From Planctomycetota bacterium (GTDB taxonomy: Bacteria; Planctomycetota; Brocadiia; JAADGH01), in the NCBI GenBank assembly GCA_040755855.1, contig JBFMAD010000004.1:189616-253615 (forward strand): DNA of 64,000 nt, read 5' to 3'. The notes under the pieces were generated by a model. It worked only from the letters and a program-made list of their open reading frames with translations, had not been told where the DNA came from and made no database searches. Within the stretch, counting starts at the first letter, position 1. Each line of letters starts with the position of its first letter. The translations under genes were made by a program, and so were the position numbers. Shown here piece by piece: positions 1-9,183 of the stretch.

Positions 1-3000
1 GCCGATTTGCAGGGGGCCGGCCACGTTGCCGACGGTCATGGTGACGAGGCTGCCGCCGATCTGCAGAGAGCCGGTCAGGTCCCCGCCCATGTTTATGGTG
101 TTCACATCGCCGCCGATTACCACCGGGCCGGTCACATTGCCGACGGTCATGGTGGTCAGGTCGTCGCCAATCTGCAGGCTGCCGGTCAAGTTGCTGCCAA
201 TGGCCATGTTGTTCACATCGCCGCCGATTTGCAGGACGCCGGCCATGTCGCCGGCGCCGGTTGTCATATTGGCCAGGTCGCCGGTTGTCGTGACACTGCC
301 GGTATTCAGCACGCCGCCCGCGCCCGTGTCTATCGTGCCGATCACTCGATTCGCGGTGATGCTGCCGCCCAGCCCCGCAGCGCCGGTGATCGTAAAGTTG
401 TTGAGGGCCGTCGTCACGCTCAGCGTGTCGCCGGCGTCGAAGTTGGTCATTGTGGCTGCGCCCTCGATGGACCTGCCCACGGTTGTCGTCGTGATGTTGG
501 GGACAGAGAGGTCGTTCAGCGTGATGTTGGTGGTCGTTAGGGACGTTGCCGCCTGGGCGAGCGTGAGATTAGCCCTCGCCTGGGCCGCCGGATTGCCGCC
601 CTCCTGGCCCGCCGCGCCGCCGATCTCCAGGTCGCCTTGGTCTCCCGCGCCGCCAAGTCCCACGATCTGGACGGTCTTCGTGCTCGCGCCTTCGTAGTAG
701 GTGAACGTGGAGTCGCCCGCCATGACGTTTCTGAGTATCGTGCCGCCGCTTGAAGCGTCAATGATCCCGTCAATGTCAATCAAGCCGCTGCCGAGTGTGC
801 CCGTCACGGCCTGGATAGTGGACTGGAGGTTGCCCGTCGCGTGGATCGTCCCTGCGATGTTTACAGTTGCGATGATGTCCCCGCCGATGTTTCCCGAAAC
901 ATTCACCGGCCCGGTGAGGCTGCCGCCCACCGACAGATCGCCGTTCATGCTGCCCGAGCTGATGAGGCTGTTGAAATCGCCGGTGGTGGTGATTGATCCT
1001 GTTCCGGCCACCCCGGCGACGGCCGTCACCGTCCCGCTTATCGTGGGCGCCGAGACCGCGCCGCCGAGGGCGCCGGCGCTGATCGTCAAGTTTGCCAGGT
1101 TGCCGCTCACCGTCAGTGTGCCGCCAGCGCCGAGGCCCGTCATCGTCCACTGCGATTCGACGGCGCCGGTGATGTTGGTGGCGCCGATAGTCCCCACGTT
1201 GGCGGTGTTGAAGTTGATGTCGGTCGTGTCCAGGCTTGTGGCGTTTGTATAGAGGTCCAGGTTGACTCGGGCCTCGTTCGTCGCCACGCCCCCCTCCTGC
1301 CCCGCCAGTCCGCCGATGAGCAAGACGCCCTGCTGCGAACCGACTGCGCCGGCGAGGCCCACCAGGTTGAGGACCTTGTTGTCCGCGCCCTCGCTATAAG
1401 TGAACAGGGTGTCGCCCGCAAGGATCGCTGTTTGGACTCGTCCGCCGTTCGAGGCGTCAATGATGCCGTCAATGTCAATCACGCCGCCGGCGATTGTCCC
1501 CGAAGGGGCGGTGATCGCGGCGCGCAGGTCTCCCGCTGAGTGGATCGTCGCGCCGGCAATGATGCTCCCGCTCGTTCGAATGTTGCCGAGGATGTCATCG
1601 CCCACGTCGAGAGCGCCGGCGAAGTTGTTCTCGAAGGTCATGGGGCCGACGGTCGCCTGTCCCGTGCCTTCTGGGTCTAAGGTAAGGATGGTTTCTCCCG
1701 CAGCCAGCTCGCCGCCGGTCCACAGTTGGATCCAGCCTTCCACGCTGAGGCTGCCAAAGACCTGACCTACGGCATAGATGCGCCCGGCGGTGGTTACGCC
1801 GTTCCCCACCTCGCCCACCGAGATGTTCACATCCGAGTTTGCGGTGGTATTGTAATAGGTGATCGAGAAGATATCCTCGCCCAGGCCGGAGGGCACTATC
1901 GCGAGCTCGATCGAACTGCCCGGATCGCCATTATAGGTCACGGTCACGGGATCCAAGTCGCTGTCCACGAAGTTGTAGACATCTCCAGGGTTCAGGACAA
2001 TCTGCTGGCCAATCCCGGCGAAGACCGTGTCCGGATTGTTGTTCTGAACGCCGTCACTGTAGCGGCGATAGAGCAACTGGCCTGCCGTAACGACGTCCGT
2101 AAACAGGAAGGCCGCGGGGTTGTCGTAGCGCGCCTGGAATTTGCCCTGGCTGCCGGGGTCCGTTACCAGGAAGACATTGGGGAGCATTCCAAGGCTTGTG
2201 CGGATATCGCCATCGTAGGTTCCGAAGACGCGGATGGGCGCGCCCAGCGAGGCATCGCCCAGGACCGAAATATACGCCGACGACGTCATGTCGCCCTGAA
2301 TCAGGAACGAGTATCCGCTCGTGCTGGTGATATCTCCCCTCACCATAATCCCGCCGAAGTGCTGGCCGGTAATGATCACCTCGCCTGCCATGTCTCCGCC
2401 AAACATGATCAGCGACTTCTCCGCCGTCTCCCCCAACTCAAGGCTTCCGGAGAAAGTCCCGGTTGTCATGAATTGCGAGTCCAACCGGCCGATCCTGAAC
2501 GCCGTGCCCGCCTCCATCGCCTCCCCGCCGCGCGGGGCCATCACACGGCCCATCATCAACGGGCCGCTCACCGTCACCGAGCTGCCGCCCAACATCCCGC
2601 CGCTCACCATCACCATGCCGGTCGAGCTGTCGAACGTCAACTGGCTCCCCAGGTCCATCGAGCCGAGGATCATCGCGCGGCCGACCGTGTTGGTGACGTG
2701 CAGGTTGCCTCCTGTCATGCCGTCCCGCAGCATTGCAGTCGTCAGACTTCCGTTCACTGTGATGTCCGAACCCACGCCCACGCCGCCGGTGGTCATGAGG
2801 CCGAGCACGTTTCCCTGAATCGTCACATCGCTGTTAGCCATCCCCCCGTAGAGATAGACTCGGTCCGCGCCCCCGTTGAAGTTCATTACGGAGTTGGTCG
2901 CGCCATTGTAAACCCAGAGCATTCCCACGTGGCCCGACGTCGTAATTGTACCCCCCGTTACTCCCCCTTGGAACCGGCCGATCCCCACCCCGCCGTTGAT

Positions 3001-4302
3001 GGTTATCGGGGTTCCAGTCATCGGTCCGTTGACCCACAGCATGCCCACATCTCCGGTCACATCGAGCGTCGTCGTTCCCCCCACGGATCCCATTACCCGG
3101 AGCGATCTCACGCCCTGGTCGAAATCCATGTCCGTGTTAGTCATTGAGCCGCTGACCATGAGCATCCCTGTCGGGCCGGACACATCAATGATTGAGTTCG
3201 TCACATCGCCTCGAATTTGCGCATTGTTAAGGGCGCGACCCACCCGAAGCGTGCTCTGCGCTATTCCTCCCATCAGTTGGAGGCTGGTTGCCGTCCCCCC
3301 CACATCCAGCAGCGATCCGTTCGCCAAGGCGCCTCGGATCATTACCGTTCGTGCATCGGAGTGGGCCTGGATTGTGCTCGCATCCATGCCGCCGCTAAGC
3401 ATGATCGTACCGGCCGGGCCCCCGATCTCCAGAAGGGAGCCGTTTGTCAAGTTCCCACCGATTCGGCTTATGGTCAGATTCCCACCGGTGCGCAGCGTGC
3501 TCGCGTCCACCGATCCTGTGACGAATAACGTCCGGGCCATGTAGTCCGACTGAATAAGCGACCCACCCGTCACATTGCCGCCGATCATTGCGCTCCACAA
3601 TTCCCCATGCGCCACAATGTCGCTCTCCACCACGCTGCCGGTCACCTGCACACGGCGAAGAACCCCCGCCACATCGAGCAATGAACCCGACCCCGCAGCC
3701 CCGAAGTCGCCGCCGACTCGGATGCTCGACGCCTCCTGGAGAATGTTAATTTGCCCCCCTATGTAGTCGCCCGTCACAAAAAATGTCGTCTGCGTGGACG
3801 CGCTTATATCGCTGTCCACGGCAGAACCGTACACGTTCATCAGCCCCAGCTTGCGTCCGATCGTCAGGTCCACCTGATTCAGGTCGCCATCTACGGAGAA
3901 CATGCCGAGGTCGCCGTCCAAATTTATTGTCGTGTTCTGTAACTCTCCCCCGTTGGCGTACACCCGAATTCCGCCGATGGATTCCCCTGCCCCCGCCGTT
4001 ACCGCTCCGGCGGTGAGCGTGTCGCCGCCCACCCCGGCGTTTGTGTCGCGCATGGACAGCGTTGAAGTGTTCGCCCCTAAAAAGGCGATAGTGGCGATCT
4101 CATCGCCTCCAGGATTCGGGTTTGCCCCGCCCACGTTCCACAACACGTCGGCCTGACCGGCCCCGCTGAACAGGAGCCACACATCATCGCCGGTCGTGTC
4201 GGTATAGCGGACCTCGCGGTTTAGCGCCGAGAGCGTTGCGGGGGCGATGCGCGCCTCCAGCTCCTCTACGTGCAATTGACGGTGAATACCTGCATAACTC
4301 AT
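1..4302 (-). CDS. Giant (>1434 aa, 3' end outside window) repetitive extracellular beta-solenoid protein with N-terminal VEELEARIAP (LEPR-XLL/Planctomycete-extracellular-like) leader
   Basis: Not in the ORF track because it has no stop in the window. Manual translation from ATG 4302 (RBS AAAGGA upstream): MSYAGIHRQLHVEELEARIAPATLSALNREVRYTDTTGDDVWLLFSGAG..., Gly/Thr/Val/Ile-rich repeats, same frame at position 1 (...TVGNVAGPLQIG). The + strand ORFs here are its antisense shadow. Confidence 0.9.
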   Translation of the reverse strand, partial: MSYAGIHRQLHVEELEARIAPATLSALNREVRYTDTTGDDVWLLFSGAGQADVLWNVGGANPNPGGDEIATIAFLGANTSTLSMRDTNAGVGGDTLTAGAVTAGAGESIGGIRVYANGGELQNTTINLDGDLGMFSVDGDLNQVDLTIGRKLGLMNVYGSAVDSDISASTQTTFFVTGDYIGGQINILQEASSIRVGGDFGAAGSGSLLDVAGVLRRVQVTGSVVESDIVAHGELWSAMIGGNVTGGSLIQSDYMARTLFVTGSVDASTLRTGGNLTISRIGGNLTNGSLLEIGGPAGTIMLSGGMDASTIQAHSDARTVMIRGALANGSLLDVGGTATSLQLMGGIAQSTLRVGRALNNAQIRGDVTNSIIDVSGPTGMLMVSGSMTNTDMDFDQGVRSLRVMGSVGGTTTLDVTGDVGMLWVNGPMTGTPITINGGVGIGRFQGGVTGGTITTSGHVGMLWVYNGATNSVMNFNGGADRVYLYGGMANSDVTIQGNVLGLMTTGGVGVGSDITVNGSLTTAMLRDGMTGGNLHVTNTVGRAMILGSMDLGSQLTFDSSTGMVMVSGGMLGGSSVTVSGPLMMGRVMAPRGGEAMEAGTAFRIGRLDSQFMTTGTFSGSLELGETAEKSLIMFGGDMAGEVIITGQHFGGIMVRGDITSTSGYSFLIQGDMTSSAYISVLGDASLGAPIRVFGTYDGDIRTSLGMLPNVFLVTDPGSQGKFQARYDNPAAFLFTDVVTAGQLLYRRYSDGVQNNNPDTVFAGIGQQIVLNPGDVYNFVDSDLDPVTVTYNGDPGSSIELAIVPSGLGEDIFSITYYNTTANSDVNISVGEVGNGVTTAGRIYAVGQVFGSLSVEGWIQLWTGGELAAGETILTLDPEGTGQATVGPMTFENNFAGALDVGDDILGNIRTSGSIIAGATIHSAGDLRAAITAPSGTIAGGVIDIDGIIDASNGGRVQTAILAGDTLFTYSEGADNKVLNLVGLAGAVGSQQGVLLIGGLAGQEGGVATNEARVNLDLYTNATSLDTTDINFNTANVGTIGATNITGAVESQWTMTGLGAGGTLTVSGNLANLTISAGALGGAVSAPTISGTVTAVAGVAGTGSITTTGDFNSLISSGSMNGDLSVGGSLTGPVNVSGNIGGDIIATVNIAGTIHATGNLQSTIQAVTGTLGSGLIDIDGIIDASSGGTILRNVMAGDSTFTYYEGASTKTVQIVGLGGAGDQGDLEIGGAAGQEGGNPAAQARANLTLAQAATSLTTTNITLNDLSVPNITTTTVGRSIEGAATMTNFDAGDTLSVTTALNNFTITGAAGLGGSITANRVIGTIDTGAGGVLNTGSVTTTGDLANMTTGAGDMAGVLQIGGDVNNMAIGSNLTGSLQIGDDLTTMTVGNVTGPVVIGGDVNTINMGGDLTGSLQIGGSLVTMTVGNVAGPLQIG

Positions 4303-4365
4303 ATCTGCGATCCTTTCACATCAAGCGTCGCTATCGCTTTTCCTTCTCCTGTTTTGGCCCATACC

Positions 4366-4441
4366 CATCCCGGAAAAAACAAAAACCCGGCCCTTCGAGA
4401 AGGAAGTTGCCGGGATGTATAGGCATGCAAAAGGCGCGCAA
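4366..4441 (-). promoter_or_regulatory. 5' leader element: terminator-like hairpin with alternative pairing, preceded by a degenerate sigma54-like site
   Basis: Minus strand reads TTTGCGCGCCTTTTGCA...CATCCCGGCAACTTCCTTCTCGAAGGGCCGGGTTTTTGTTTTTTCCGGGATG. CCCGGC/GCCGGG stem followed by a U-tract; CATCCCGG can alternatively pair with the downstream CCGGGATG. Confidence 0.5.
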
Positions 4442-4880
4442 ACGGGACAGCCTCCGCCGCCAATTCGTGCATAAACACACCATCATCCATGACGCTGTTT
4501 TTTCTCATGATGCGAACCGACCTCATACTGAACCGACAAGCGACAAGGTCTTTCCGTGAAGCGTTCCTGGCAGCCTTGCTCAATGGTTCAATATCTCCCC
4601 GGATTGCGGGTCGAGATCAAATCAATGATCGCAATACAAACAAGAAGTGGGTCACTACGACACGCACAACGATAACCAGACACGTGCCCGATGAGCATAC
4701 AGGCCGTCCCCCGCCCTATCTGCGCTCACAGCCCCCTTTGCCCAAGCCTTGGAGAGCCAAATATCTCCTGACAGGGCTTGCGCCTATCATCTGCTCACCC
4801 GGGCATGCATGGGAGAAGCGTTCTCTATATTTATTGTACGTTTGGATAAGCAGTGTGTCAATACTAATCTTAAGAAAAAA

Positions 4881-4909
4881 TTGACGGAAATCTTGTAGAA
4901 TTCTATAAT
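4881..4909 (+). promoter_or_regulatory. sigma70-type promoter
   Basis: TTGACG-N17-TATAAT in an AT-rich stretch upstream of the glycoside hydrolase. Confidence 0.8.
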
Positions 4910-4964
4910 GTAATATATTCATTATTACCCATTCTCACCGGTGTTTGTGGGCAAGAGGTCCATG

Positions 4965-7079
4965 ATGAGCGAAAAGCCGATTTTTAGCGTGCTAACGTCT
5001 ATTTTTTCCTTATTGTTTTCACTGCAAGCATTTGCGCACGCCGGACCCATAGCGTCTGCGGAGTCGGCAGAACACATGCTTGATTCCTTTGAGGCAGATC
5101 CGGCCGCTTTCACCACACGAATCCGTGGGAAGGCGTCAGCAGAGCTTACGGGACGTTCCGGCATCGCCCGGCACGGCAACCGCAGTCTGCTGATTCAAAT
5201 GGACCCATGTGGGGAGGAGGGGCGTCACTCTCTGGTCATGACCTGGCAGTTCAACGATCCTGCCGACTGGTCCGCCTATGCCGGCCTGTCGCTGTGGGTG
5301 CAGACGCATGGCGATCCCCCGCCGCAGGCTACGTCAGGGGTCGTTGAAGCCACTGGCGCTCACTACTGGGTAAAGTCACTGCCCATTGCGCCCCGGAAGG
5401 AGGGGGAATGGCAGTTGATCGAACTCCCGTTCAAGGAGTGGACATGGAGTTGGGAGGGGCCGAAGGACGAGAATGGACGGTTCGACCTGACCAAGGTGAA
5501 GCTCCTCCAACTAGAGATCCGTGCATTCAAGAACGCACCACTTACACTGGGGTTAGACGGGCTGGGCCTCTATACGCCCAAGCCGCCGTACTCGGGACCG
5601 ATGCTCCGCTTCCGTCCGGTGAAGAAGGCCCCCTGGCCGTTCGTGTGTGAGCCGGGACAGGACCATCGGGTAGGTGTGGAGGTCCGCCAACTCGCTACCG
5701 GACAACGGGCGGAGGTGGACGTGGTTGGGACGGACTACTGGGGAAAGAATAGGCTGAAACAGAGGATAGTCTTTCAGGGAGAGGACGGACCTGAGCGCCG
5801 CCTTGTGCAGGAGATATCGTTTGCCGGCGAGGGACCGGGCTATGTGGGATTGTCGGGGGTCCTGAGTGTTGGCGGCCGGCCTCTCTATCGGGCGGAGGGC
5901 GGGGCGGCATGTATCAAGCCCACGGACCCGGAGGAGGCGGGGCCGAACGCAGATTCCATCTTCGGCATCTGGGTCGGCGGCGGGGGACAGAGGATCGGCG
6001 CAAAGTGGGACCGTCAGTTGATGCGGATTTCGACAGTGACAAAGACAGATGGCCGGTATCAGATCGAGGGCTGCCCGCCGGGCGAACCGAGATCGAAGTG
6101 GGGGGCGCCGGAGCAGGGCCGCATCGTCTGCTTCGTGACCATGGCAAAATGGCTGTCGAGCAAGCCGGACCGCGCGGACTTTGAAACGTGGAGCCCGACG
6201 AGTTGGGAGGAATATGCAAAGATCGTCGAGTTTTGCGTTCGCGGCGCGGCCGAGGCGGGAGTCCACCACTACGAAGTCTGGAACGAGCCGGTCCCCTTCG
6301 CCGGATGGATGGGGCCGATGGAGACCGTCGTCAAACTGCACGAGGTAACGTACCAGTCCATCAAGAAGGCGCAGCCGGATGCCGTGGTGCTCGGGCCGTG
6401 CCCCTACACGTTCAAGTGGGATTTTATCGAGAATTTTTTGAAACTCGGCGGGGGCAAGTGGATCGATCAGGTGGTGATCCATGCCTATGACTCGGCGCCG
6501 CCTGACGCGAACTTCGCCGCGAACTTCCGGAGACTTCGTGAACTGCTTGGGCGCTTCGGCCTGGGCGATCGGGATATCTACATCACCGAGATGGGCTATT
6601 CCACACCAGCGGTCACCGAGCGCCAGCAGGCGCAGTATCTCGTGCGGGCCTATGTCTATGCCTTGTCGGAGCGGGTGCGGGTGTTCATCTGGCATATGCT
6701 GTGGGACTGGAGCGGCGTCCGCGATCCGGAAAACCACATCAGCGACCCAGGGTACGCGATCCAGCGCTTCGACAAGAGTCCGCGCCCCGCCTACGTCGCC
6801 TACGCGACGATGACCCGGCTGCTGGAATGTGCAAAGTATGTGGGACCGGTTGACGGTCTTGGAGAGACGCAACGGGGATTCGTATTTGCGAAACGAGGCA
6901 AGCAGGTCCATGTCCTCTGGGAGACAGGCGACAAATCCACGACCCTCACGCTTCGCAACCCTGCGGAGGAGATGACGCTGGTCAACATCGTAGGCGGGGA
7001 AGAGGTGATTCGACCGGCCGCACCCGGACGTTACGATCTGATGCTTGGGCCGGATCCGATCTACGTTGTCGCCAGGTAG
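4965..7079 (+). CDS. Secreted clan GH-A glycoside hydrolase (GH39/GH5-like) with N-terminal CBM11/CIA30-like domain
   Basis: Signal peptide (..LQAFA-HA), acid/base motif YEVWNEP, nucleophile motif YITEMG, IHAY motif. Confidence 0.75.
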   Translation: MSEKPIFSVLTSIFSLLFSLQAFAHAGPIASAESAEHMLDSFEADPAAFTTRIRGKASAELTGRSGIARHGNRSLLIQMDPCGEEGRHSLVMTWQFNDPADWSAYAGLSLWVQTHGDPPPQATSGVVEATGAHYWVKSLPIAPRKEGEWQLIELPFKEWTWSWEGPKDENGRFDLTKVKLLQLEIRAFKNAPLTLGLDGLGLYTPKPPYSGPMLRFRPVKKAPWPFVCEPGQDHRVGVEVRQLATGQRAEVDVVGTDYWGKNRLKQRIVFQGEDGPERRLVQEISFAGEGPGYVGLSGVLSVGGRPLYRAEGGAACIKPTDPEEAGPNADSIFGIWVGGGGQRIGAKWDRQLMRISTVTKTDGRYQIEGCPPGEPRSKWGAPEQGRIVCFVTMAKWLSSKPDRADFETWSPTSWEEYAKIVEFCVRGAAEAGVHHYEVWNEPVPFAGWMGPMETVVKLHEVTYQSIKKAQPDAVVLGPCPYTFKWDFIENFLKLGGGKWIDQVVIHAYDSAPPDANFAANFRRLRELLGRFGLGDRDIYITEMGYSTPAVTERQQAQYLVRAYVYALSERVRVFIWHMLWDWSGVRDPENHISDPGYAIQRFDKSPRPAYVAYATMTRLLECAKYVGPVDGLGETQRGFVFAKRGKQVHVLWETGDKSTTLTLRNPAEEMTLVNIVGGEEVIRPAAPGRYDLMLGPDPIYVVAR

Positions 7080-7180
7080 TCGGGCCGAAATTTCCTTGAT
7101 CGCCGCACTGAATCGTCTTATCCTACTACCGCTATCGTTATTCCGGGGCCAATCCATCCGGGCGCACTGGGAGGAGAGAG

Positions 7181-8533
7181 ATGATCAAGAAGAGAATATC
7201 AAGACGAGGTTTCCTGCAGGCCGCGGCGGCGTCCGGGGTGTTCACCATCGTTCCCCGCCACGTCCTCGGCGGGGAGGGACAAGTCCCGCCCAGCGCGAAA
7301 CTCAACATCGCAGGGATCGGCGTCGGCGGCAAGGGCTTCGGCAACATGCGCAGCTTAGAGTCGGAAAACATCGTCGCCCTCTGCGACGTGGACCACGAAT
7401 ACGCTGCGAAGGCATTCAAGCAGTATCCCCAGGCCAAGGTCTATGCCGACTACCGCCAGATGCTGGAGAAGGAGAAGGGCATTGACGCGGTGATGATCGC
7501 CACCCCCGACCACACCCATGCAGTCATCGCCATGGCCGCGATCCAGGCGGGCAAGCACGTCTATTGCGAGAAGCCGTTGACCCATGACGTGTATGAGGCC
7601 CGCACGCTGGCCAAGGCCGCACGGGAGTCGAAGGTGGTCACCCAGATGGGGATCCAGGGGCACTCGATGGAAGGGGCGCGGCTCGTCTGCGAATGGATCC
7701 AGGCCGGGGCCATCGGCGAGGTGACCGAGGTGGATGCCTGGTGCACTCTTTCGTACTATCCACCGGGCCGCGCCCATTGGAGTCCGAAGTGGTTGCGCCG
7801 CCCGGAAGAGACGATGCCCGTGCCGGAGAAGTTGAATTGGGACGTGTGGATCGGCCCGGCGAAGATGCGCCCCTACCACCGCGCTTACCACCCCGGCTGC
7901 TGGCGGGCCTGGTGGGACTTCGGCAACGGGATGATGGGCGACCGCGGCGTGCACACACTCGACCCCGTGATCTGGGCGATCAAACTGGGCTACCCGGAGA
8001 GTGTTGACGCTACGTCGCTCGACCTGAATCCTGACACGCACCCGTTGGCGTCGGTCGTCACCTTCCGCTTCCCGGCGAGGGAGGGCCTGCCGCCGGTGAA
8101 ATTGACGTGGTACGACGGGCTGCGCCCGCCGCGCCCGCCCGAGCTGGAGGACGGCCGGATCATGGGCCATCCGGAGGGCGGCGCATTCTTCAAAGGAACG
8201 AAGGGCAATCTGGCCTGCGGCATCTACGCCGAGAGTCCGCGGCTGATTCCCGAGAGCGCAATGAAAGAGTTCCTCCCGAACCGTCCGCCGAAGACCATCC
8301 CGCGCGTGGAGGGCGGTCACCACGAGGACTGGATTCGCGCATGCAAGAGCGGCGGGAAGGCCGGGGCGCATTTCGAGTACGGCGCCCTCGTCACCGAGAT
8401 CTGTCTGCTGGGCAACATCGCCAAGCGCGTTGATGGCCGGATCGAGTGGGACGCGCAGAACATGAAGGTGACCAACCTGGCCGACGCGAACCAGTACGTG
8501 CGGACGGAATATCGGCAGGGGTGGAGTCTTTGA
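7181..8533 (+). CDS. Tat-exported Gfo/Idh/MocA family oxidoreductase
   Basis: SRRGFLQ Tat motif, IGVGGKG Rossmann fold, ATPDHTH, HVYCEKP, MGDRGVHTLD. Confidence 0.9.
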   Translation: MIKKRISRRGFLQAAAASGVFTIVPRHVLGGEGQVPPSAKLNIAGIGVGGKGFGNMRSLESENIVALCDVDHEYAAKAFKQYPQAKVYADYRQMLEKEKGIDAVMIATPDHTHAVIAMAAIQAGKHVYCEKPLTHDVYEARTLAKAARESKVVTQMGIQGHSMEGARLVCEWIQAGAIGEVTEVDAWCTLSYYPPGRAHWSPKWLRRPEETMPVPEKLNWDVWIGPAKMRPYHRAYHPGCWRAWWDFGNGMMGDRGVHTLDPVIWAIKLGYPESVDATSLDLNPDTHPLASVVTFRFPAREGLPPVKLTWYDGLRPPRPPELEDGRIMGHPEGGAFFKGTKGNLACGIYAESPRLIPESAMKEFLPNRPPKTIPRVEGGHHEDWIRACKSGGKAGAHFEYGALVTEICLLGNIAKRVDGRIEWDAQNMKVTNLADANQYVRTEYRQGWSL

Positions 8534-8557
8534 GGAATGGGCTTCTTGGCTTTTTGC

Positions 8558-8586
8558 TTGACAGTTCCGACTGCCGTTCCTATGAT
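8558..8586 (+). promoter_or_regulatory. sigma70-type promoter (near-leaderless transcript)
   Basis: TTGACA-N17-TATGAT; ATG 8596 lies 9 nt after the -10 box. Confidence 0.7.
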
Positions 8587-8595
8587 TCGATATTG

Positions 8596-8766
8596 ATGAA
8601 AATTACAGTAACCAAGTTGCACGATCAACGCGCAGCGGATGGCACCCCGTTGAGCCCGGAAGAGCGATTGGAGTTGCTTGAACAGTTAAGACTCCAATCG
8701 GGGAAGTTCCTGTATGACTACCCAGCCAGACTTCGAAGAACTGTTACGGTTGTTCGAAGAAAATAA
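8596..8766 (+). CDS. Small (56 aa) partner protein of the downstream nucleotidyltransferase
   Basis: MKITVTKLHDQ...LSPEERLELLEQLR...RLRRTVTVVRRK; overlaps the next gene; directly behind a promoter. Confidence 0.6.
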   Translation: MKITVTKLHDQRAADGTPLSPEERLELLEQLRLQSGKFLYDYPARLRRTVTVVRRK

Positions 8767-9154
8767 AGTTCGATATATGATCATCGGTGGATACGCCGTA
8801 GCCTATCACGGCTACCCGCGCTTCACGAAGGACATTGACATCTTCTTCGCAAATTCGCCGGACAACGTGAAGAGAGTTCGCGCCGCATTGCTTGCCTTTG
8901 GATTCTCCGAGTCGGAAGCGCCGGAGAGCCTGCTCGCGGAGATGGGCAATATCATTCGGTTCGGCGTCCCTCCCGTGCAGGTGGATCTTGTCAACCAGAT
9001 CGACGGGGTGACTTTTGAGGAAACGGAGCGTAATGCGGTTCGTGGGCGATATGGCCGTGTCCAAGTGAGTTTCATAGGGAAAACCGATCTCATTCGCAAC
9101 AAAAGGGCGTCCGGACGACCACGAGACCAAGTTGATGCGGATGCGTTGGAGTAG
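8714..9154 (+). CDS. Nucleotidyltransferase (Pol-beta superfamily, DUF6036/AbiEii-like)
   Basis: IIGGYAVAYHGYPRFTKDIDIF motif and C-terminal NKRASGRPRDQVD. Confidence 0.8.
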   Translation: MTTQPDFEELLRLFEENKVRYMIIGGYAVAYHGYPRFTKDIDIFFANSPDNVKRVRAALLAFGFSESEAPESLLAEMGNIIRFGVPPVQVDLVNQIDGVTFEETERNAVRGRYGRVQVSFIGKTDLIRNKRASGRPRDQVDADALE

Positions 9155-9183
9155 CTGAACACCCATTTCGGATGGTTTGCAGC

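Noticed and set aside
1..250. Periodic DNA repeats resembling a CRISPR array or DGR template/variable pair
   Set aside because: Period is a multiple of 3 (111 nt) with no unique spacers; differences are not adenine-specific; no cas or RT gene in the window
7..4156. Many + strand ORFs (e.g. 1726..3147, 26..697)
   Set aside because: Antisense shadows of the giant minus-strand CDS; no motifs or RBS
4366..4440. Known riboswitch (c-di-GMP-I etc.)
   Set aside because: I could not match the conserved motifs by eye; kept only as an unnamed candidate
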